This document shows, one piece after another, positions 57,988 through 64,000 of a stretch of DNA of 64,000 nucleotides (positions within the stretch are counted from its first letter, which is position 1; each line of letters starts with the position of its first letter). A program made the position numbers and the translations under genes. Source of the stretch: a virus. Where the stretch lies: the IMG/VR virus record IMGVR_UViG_3300021594_000960, positions 9,156-73,155 of that record. One strand, written 5' to 3'. The notes below the pieces were generated by a model, which had not been told where the DNA came from, did no database searches, and was given only the letters and a program-made list of their open reading frames with translations.

Positions 57988-59829
57988 ATGGCTGAAAAGA
58001 ATTTAACGGTTTGGCAGAGGTTGTCGCAAACATTTGGTCCTAACTCATTACTCGGACAAGATTATCCAACATTCAAGTTTGATAAAAAGGAATTACTACG
58101 TACTAAAAGTAGAGAAGAGTATGAGATGGAAAAGTTGCAAGCGCAACAAACTTACTATCTTACAAATCAATGGGCGAAAGTAGAGAATAATCTTTATTCT
58201 CAAGCAATTTATTATGAGCCAACTCGTTTATCTGCACAATATGATTACGAGTCAATGGAATATACCCCTGAAATTTCAGCAGCTTTAGACATTTATGCTG
58301 AAGAGTCTACTACAACAAATGAAGATGGATTCATACTTCAAATTTATTCGGAATCCAAGAGAATCAAAGGAGTTTTAGCCGATTTATTCAACAACAATTT
58401 AGATATTAACACTAACTTACCGATGTGGACAAGAAACACTTGTAAGTACGGTGATAATTTTGTGTACTTGAAATTAGACCCTGAAAGAGGTGTTGTTGGA
58501 TGCCAACAGTTACCAACAATCGAAATAGAAAGACATGAGGTTGGGGTTAGTGCAAAAATTTCTGTCGATATAACTCAGGAATTGGACAAAGACAAAAAAG
58601 CTCTTCATTTCACATGGAAGAATAAAAACATGGAATTTCAATCATGGGAAATTGCTCACTTTAGACTTTTAGGTGATGATAGAAAACTTCCTTATGGAAC
58701 GTCTATGTTAGAAAAAGCAAGACGTATTTGGAAACAACTTCTGTTGTCTGAAGACGCGATGTTAATCTATCGTACATCAAGAGCACCTGAAAGAAGAATG
58801 TTCAAAGTGTTCGTTGGTAACATGAATGATGATGATGTTGAAGCATACGTACAACGTGTTGCCAATAAGTTCAAGAGAGAACAAATAGTAGACTCTAAGA
58901 CAGGTAATGTTGATATGAGATTCAACCAAATGGCGGTTGACCAAGATTATTTCATTCCTGTACGTGACCCAGCGGCACCTGACCCAATTACAACTTTACC
59001 AGGTGCAACAAACTTATCTGAGATTGCGGATATTGAATATATTCAAAAGAAACTATTGACGGCTCTTCGTGTACCTAAAGCATTTTTAGGTTTCGAGGAA
59101 GTAGTTGGTGATGGTAAAAACTTATCTTTACAGGATATCAGATTTGCAAGAACGATTAACAGAATCCAAAAAAGTATGTTGGCAGAACTTAATAAAATTG
59201 CCATCGTACACTTATTCCTTTTAGGTTTTGAAGATGAATTACAAAACTTCACATTAGGATTAACGAACCCGTCTACACAAGCCGACCTTCTTAAAATTGA
59301 CGTTTGGAAAGAAAAAATATTGTTATACAAAGATTTGGTAGCAGACCCTGGAAATGGTATTCAAGCAACATCTTCTACTTGGGCTAAAAAACATATTTTC
59401 GGATGGTCAGATGAAGAAATTAGACTTGATTTACAACAACAAAGAATCGAGAGAGCTGTAGGTGAAGAACTGAAAGCAACACCAACAGTAATCAGTAAGA
59501 CAGGGTTGTTTGATAACATCGATAAATTATACGGAAATACTTCAGGAGGAACACCTACCGCAGGAGCGGCAACCACACCAGGAGGAACTGAAGAATTAGG
59601 AGGAGCAGCACCACTACCACCACCTCCACCAGGTGGTGAGGAACCACTACCACCACCTCCACCAGGAGGTGAAGCACCTGCGGGAGTAACACCTGAGTCA
59701 ACCAAAAAGGACATGAACATTTTATTAGAAAATAACCTTTTTGAGAAGTCTAAAGCTATTGATTTAAGTAATGCCCAACAATCTTTGGGAGAAATTGAAA
59801 AAGAACTTGAAAAGTTGTTGAACTCATAG
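57988..59829 (+). CDS. Portal protein (T4 gp20-like)
   Basis: PEISAALD, YGTSMLE, EDAMLIYRTSRAPERR, DYFIP, ITTLPG, ALRVP. Confidence 0.95.
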   Translation: MAEKNLTVWQRLSQTFGPNSLLGQDYPTFKFDKKELLRTKSREEYEMEKLQAQQTYYLTNQWAKVENNLYSQAIYYEPTRLSAQYDYESMEYTPEISAALDIYAEESTTTNEDGFILQIYSESKRIKGVLADLFNNNLDINTNLPMWTRNTCKYGDNFVYLKLDPERGVVGCQQLPTIEIERHEVGVSAKISVDITQELDKDKKALHFTWKNKNMEFQSWEIAHFRLLGDDRKLPYGTSMLEKARRIWKQLLLSEDAMLIYRTSRAPERRMFKVFVGNMNDDDVEAYVQRVANKFKREQIVDSKTGNVDMRFNQMAVDQDYFIPVRDPAAPDPITTLPGATNLSEIADIEYIQKKLLTALRVPKAFLGFEEVVGDGKNLSLQDIRFARTINRIQKSMLAELNKIAIVHLFLLGFEDELQNFTLGLTNPSTQADLLKIDVWKEKILLYKDLVADPGNGIQATSSTWAKKHIFGWSDEEIRLDLQQQRIERAVGEELKATPTVISKTGLFDNIDKLYGNTSGGTPTAGAATTPGGTEELGGAAPLPPPPPGGEEPLPPPPPGGEAPAGVTPESTKKDMNILLENNLFEKSKAIDLSNAQQSLGEIEKELEKLLNS

Positions 59830-59852
59830 TATTTATAGGATAAATAAATAAA

Positions 59853-60551
59853 ATGACTTTCGGCCAAATCAAATCCCTCATCGAAAAAAACCTTCTCGAG
59901 TCTTACAAAAATGAGAATGAGTTTAAGAAAAGACTACGCGAATTCAAACATAATGTTTTGAATAATAAATCAATTTCTAAAGTTTATAACCTTTACGACC
60001 AATTAAGTACACCACAAGGACTAAGTGAGTCTGACGCCAAAGAATTTATTGACGAAGGAGTAAATCTACTCCAAAGAATTTTACCTTCAATCAAACTTCC
60101 GAAGTCATTAGAAGAAGAAGTAGAAAACAATTACAAACACATTGATACTTTAGTTTATACAAAGAATACAAGTATAAAAGATAGAATTAATGCGAAGAAG
60201 AATATTGAATCAGTTCTGAAAGAACAAAAAAGTTCGATGAAGGAGTCAATCAACATACCCGTAACTTCAATGGTAAAAATTGCAAATCAGACTCTGAGGA
60301 ATTACATTGAAACTATGGATGAAAATTCTAAAAAAGAATTTTTCCAAATTGTTTCTGAAGATAACAAAAACTTAGAGGGTAAGTTTGAAGAGTTGAAAAC
60401 CAGTGCAATTTCCAAATTACAATCTATTTTGGAAAATGAGAATGAAGGCGACGTAAAGACAAAAATTAACGAAACTATCAATAAGTTAAAAGATGAAAAA
60501 TTCGACCAATTGAATTTTTTGAAACTTAAAAACTTAGAAAGCTCTCTCTAA
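59853..60551 (+). CDS. Hypothetical protein of the head gene module
   Basis: ORF track; TATTTAT upstream. Confidence 0.75.
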   Translation: MTFGQIKSLIEKNLLESYKNENEFKKRLREFKHNVLNNKSISKVYNLYDQLSTPQGLSESDAKEFIDEGVNLLQRILPSIKLPKSLEEEVENNYKHIDTLVYTKNTSIKDRINAKKNIESVLKEQKSSMKESINIPVTSMVKIANQTLRNYIETMDENSKKEFFQIVSEDNKNLEGKFEELKTSAISKLQSILENENEGDVKTKINETINKLKDEKFDQLNFLKLKNLESSL

Positions 60552-60733
60552 GAATTCTTAACTTTATTTGTATAAATCGCTTTTAAAAGATTTTTTCTTT
60601 TTTTAACCGAAGGTTTTACGTATTCCTTTCTATAAAGAAGCTCCTGATTTTGCTTTGTTTTAATTACCTTTGACTTCAAAGTTTTTAAAGCTCTCTCAAG
60701 ATTATCAGTATTTTGAATGTTGACTATTAGCAT
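60548..60733 (-). CDS. rpsU: Ribosomal protein bS21
   Basis: NLERALKTLKSKV...ELLYRKEYVKPSVKKR. Confidence 0.88.
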   Translation of the reverse strand: MLIVNIQNTDNLERALKTLKSKVIKTKQNQELLYRKEYVKPSVKKRKNLLKAIYTNKVKNS

Positions 60734-60827
60734 ATATTACAAATATCTCAAATTTACAAGAAAATTTTGACTATCATGATTATATGTGGTATTTTTTATA
60801 AAAATAAACTACATAACATGAAAATTA

Positions 60828-61277
60828 ATGAAGAAGGGAAAAAGTGTAAAGTTAAAGCTATTCACTCCAATCAAATCTAGTTACGGAACGGTAGATTCCA
60901 AAAATTTAAAATCATTATACATAAACATACAATCTTGGGTAACACCTAAATATGATACAGACAATTGGAACAGAGTTGTTGGTATCTTGAGTAGAGAAAT
61001 CAAACATTCGGTTTTCAGCTCAATAAATACTGAGTATTTCAGAGAACAAAGCATCGTAGATTTAGACTTGAGAACAAGTGGTATTGCGTCAGGGAAAAAG
61101 TCTTTTTTCAACTTAGAAGTAAATTTATATGTAAAGACACAAATGGATTTTAAATCCAAAGAGGTTAAAGATTCAGTCAAAAATATTGTGAAATCTATTT
61201 TCAAAGATAATATTTCTAACAACAAGTACTTCGAATTTTCTCTAACCAAGAAGACAGAGCTCAATAAAGTTGAATAA
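60828..61277 (+). CDS. Conserved hypothetical protein
   Basis: YGTVD..KSLYI; DLDLRTSGI. Confidence 0.75.
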   Translation: MKKGKSVKLKLFTPIKSSYGTVDSKNLKSLYINIQSWVTPKYDTDNWNRVVGILSREIKHSVFSSINTEYFREQSIVDLDLRTSGIASGKKSFFNLEVNLYVKTQMDFKSKEVKDSVKNIVKSIFKDNISNNKYFEFSLTKKTELNKVE

Positions 61278-61303
61278 CCAATATATTTATCTAAAAAAGC
61301 TTA

Positions 61304-62023
61304 ATGAAAAATTTGAGAATATTAGAGGCGAATGAACTTGGTCATGGAATTTTAATTGAAATGGATGCGGGGTTTGTTTCACCTAAAGATGAAAAAAATA
61401 TAAAAGTTTTACAAGAAGCCGCAAATTTAGATTATAGAAATCCTTTTGAATTCTACGCGGTTCTTCAGAAATACGACACACCAAACAGAAATGGTAGATT
61501 TTATCCTGAAAAAATCCTAAAGAGAGAAGCTGATAATTACAAAAAAATTATATCCAAAGGACTTTCAACTTCAGAACTAAATCACCCTGAATCATCCTTG
61601 ATAGATTTGGATAGGGTTTCACATCTTATAACAGACATATGGTGGGATAAAAATATCCTAATGGGTAAATTAAAATTATTAACGACACCAGGATTTCATG
61701 AAAGAGGTATAGTTTCATCCAAAGGAGATGTTGCAGCAAACTTGATGAGACAAGGAGTTACACTTGGTATATCCTCGAGGGGTGTAGGTTCACTTAAAAA
61801 AGTAGGAGAAAGAAACGAAGTACAAGACGATTTTGAATTAATTTGTTTTGACTTAGTGTCTTCACCGTCCACACCTGGGGCTTACCTTTTTACCAATCCT
61901 GACGATAGGTCAAAGTATGAAGAAAATTTAGAAGAAGAAAAAAAGAACCGTGAAAAACAAACTGAGCCAATGGAGAAATCTATTGACTTGATGAAAAAAC
62001 TTACTCATTATTTAGGAAAATAA
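61304..62023 (+). CDS. Prohead protease (T4 gp21-like)
   Basis: NRNGRFYP, ELNHP, VSH, GISSRGVGS, DLVSSPS. Confidence 0.95.
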   Translation: MKNLRILEANELGHGILIEMDAGFVSPKDEKNIKVLQEAANLDYRNPFEFYAVLQKYDTPNRNGRFYPEKILKREADNYKKIISKGLSTSELNHPESSLIDLDRVSHLITDIWWDKNILMGKLKLLTTPGFHERGIVSSKGDVAANLMRQGVTLGISSRGVGSLKKVGERNEVQDDFELICFDLVSSPSTPGAYLFTNPDDRSKYEENLEEEKKNREKQTEPMEKSIDLMKKLTHYLGK

Positions 62024-62027
62024 TTAT

Positions 62028-62240
62028 ATGGACGAGAAATATTTTGTTGCAAAAATTCAGTATGAACTTCCTGATGATAATACAGGAAAAATTAAAAAAA
62101 TTAGAGAAGAGAAACTTGTAAAAGGTTTTTCTGTAACAGATGTTGAGGCTAAGGTTACAAAAAGATATGAGTCTTTTTCATACGATTGGAGAATAACATC
62201 AGTCTCGGAGAGTAAAATCGACGAAGTAATAGAAAAGTAA
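62028..62240 (+). CDS. DUF4494-like protein
   Basis: YFVAKIQY..KKIREEKLV..SVTDVEA..SKIDEV. Confidence 0.75.
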   Translation: MDEKYFVAKIQYELPDDNTGKIKKIREEKLVKGFSVTDVEAKVTKRYESFSYDWRITSVSESKIDEVIEK

Positions 62241-62264
62241 AAGTGGTCATCGACCACTTTTTTT
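62239..62264 (+). terminator. Intrinsic terminator
   Basis: AAAAGTGGTC-atc-GACCACTTTTTT. Confidence 0.8.
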
Positions 62265-62294
62265 GTTTAATAACATATTTATAAGAAAAAAAAT

Positions 62295-62621
62295 ATGTTA
62301 TTCAACTTAGTATATAAAAACAGTTCAGACGACCAATTTTACATCACATTGAGTGGTGCTAATATGTCTTCTGCAATATTATATTGTGACGCAAATAATT
62401 TTGTTCCTCAACAAATTCTACTTCAGAATTTTGATTTGTTGTTGAATAACCCATCCCAATCTACTTGTTTTTTAGTTGGACTTAAAGATAATTCAACAGG
62501 AAATCCAAGCACAACCATGATTTACGACAGCTACTCAAACGTGAATTCTTGGATTCAATCACAATCAAATAAGACATTAGTTAACTTGGCTTTATTAAAT
62601 AGACCATTTGTACAAGCCTAA
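62295..62621 (+). CDS. Hypothetical protein
   Basis: ORF track; TATTTAT upstream. Confidence 0.65.
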   Translation: MLFNLVYKNSSDDQFYITLSGANMSSAILYCDANNFVPQQILLQNFDLLLNNPSQSTCFLVGLKDNSTGNPSTTMIYDSYSNVNSWIQSQSNKTLVNLALLNRPFVQA

Positions 62622-62676
62622 AATAAACTTTTTCTCTATTAGACACTATTTATAGAGTAAAATAATTAATTTTTTC

Positions 62677-64000
62677 ATGCAAGAAACTAAAAACGTAGTT
62701 GAAGAGGCGCTCATTCAAATGAAAAATGTTGAAGAGGCTATCGCCGAAAATGCAAAAGGAATACTTGCTTCTACAATGAAGGAAGATGTTTAAGGCAATG
62801 GGAGAAGAAGATGGTATCATCGTAAAAAAAGACGGTGAAGATATTCATCTTTCTGATACTAACGCAGACACTGAATACCTTGTTAAGCTTGGTGAGTCTG
62901 AAGAAGACAAAAATTTAGAAGAAATGCAAATGGACGAAATGGACGACGTTGATACACAGAGTGTAATCGACGCAATTTTTTCAAATGATGGTAACATCGA
63001 AGACGACCAAGAAATGGAAGACGACGAAGAAGTTATGTACGAAATCGAATTCGAAGATGATGACGATGATGAAGACATGATGGACGAATCTGACGACATG
63101 CTAGATGAAGAAGATGACGAAGACCAAATGGACGAGTCTGACGACATGCTAGATGAAGAAGATGATGAAGACATGATGGACGAGTCTGACGACATGTTAG
63201 ATGAAGAAGATGACGAAGACATGATGGATGAAGATGATGATATGTTGGATGAAGCATACAACCACAAAAAGGCAAAAAAATCCGAAACGAAAGAGGGTAA
63301 AATGTCTGTAAAACCTAAAGGTGTTGGAATTGGTAGCGGTCCTAAATTCAAATATAAGGACAAAGCAGCTGGTGGATTCAAAGAGGACAAAAAAGAAGGT
63401 CCTAAAATGATGGGAACTGGCAAACCTAAATTCGAATACAAGAAGGGTGAAAATATGGCTGGAAAATCCAAAGTTGTAAAGAAGGCAGAAACTAAAGAAG
63501 CTGCAAGAACTTATGGAAATGGTTCAAAAGAAGGTAGAGGTTTGAGAAAAGGCATCAGCAATAACAGAAAATATGTTTATAGCAACAGTGGTGTTAAAGT
63601 AGAATCTTTAGAAGCTGAAATCGCAATGTTGAGAGAGAAAAATGAAGAGTACAGAAAAGCACTTAATGTATTCAGAGAAAAACTGAACGAAGTTGCAATC
63701 TTCAATTCAAACTTAGCATATGCTACAAGATTGTTCACAGAACATTCAACTACTAAGAAAGAGAAAATTAACATCTTGAGAAGATTTGACGATGTTGAAT
63801 CTTTAAAAGAATCAAAATCTCTTTATAAATCAATGAAAGATGAGTTATCAAAAACTGAAACAAAATCTATCAATGAGTCGGTTGAAAAGAAAATCAACAA
63901 TACTGTATCATCAGGTTCAGCAGTAAACTTAATTGAATCTAAAACATACGAAAATCCTCAATTCTTAAGAATGAAAGACTTAATGTCTAAGTTGGGGTAA
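62677..64000 (+). CDS. Prohead core/scaffold protein, frameshifted near 62785
   Basis: MQETKNVVEEALIQMKNVEEAIAENAK... (62677-62793) then acidic repeats and coiled coil LNEVAIFNSNL; follows the protease. Confidence 0.75.
63065..63253 (+). repeat. 48-bp coding tandem repeat (about 4 copies)
   Basis: Units start at 63083, 63131, 63179, 63227; DESDDMLDEEDDEDMM. Confidence 0.9.

Noticed and set aside
59611-59673. 33-bp duplication in portal
   Set aside because: Low-complexity PLPPPPPGGE tail; no sign of a separate function.
63065-63253. Periodic repeats as a CRISPR array
   Set aside because: In-frame coding repeats without unique spacers; no cas genes.
52722-63471. Long antisense Ser/Gly-rich ORFs
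   Set aside because: Mirror of acidic or Pro-rich sense-strand codons.
1-64000. Stop-codon reassignment
   Set aside because: Conserved genes are intact in the standard code, TAG and TGA end real genes, and there is no suppressor tRNA. The breaks are frame changes.

Overview
AT-rich, densely coding 64-kb segment of a large T4-like (jumbo) tailed phage that very likely infects a Bacteroidota host. Host evidence: TAnnTTTG promoters, a T9SS sorting domain, an Oar-like TonB receptor and DUF4494. The right end is the head module (large terminase, portal, antisense bS21, gp21-like prohead protease, acidic scaffold). The rest carries ThyA, PPK2, ClpP, ClpC, Hsp20, two carbamoyltransferases, 2OG-Fe(II) oxygenases, sulfotransferases, 16 tRNA genes (2 truncated), a tmRNA and several unannotated structured RNAs. 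Main find: each of the two plus-strand tRNA clusters starts with a short leader peptide and a classical 1:2/2:3/3:4 attenuator. The codons of each leader match the tRNAs encoded downstream of it, which suggests tRNA arrays switched on by ribosome stalling when those tRNAs are depleted. Also seen: a recurrent TATTTAT phage promoter, a tRNA-Ser with ACT anticodon, a possible trans-antisense hairpin RNA, and about 8 deletion-like junctions that may be assembly artefacts. All family assignments come from motif recognition by eye, not database searches.
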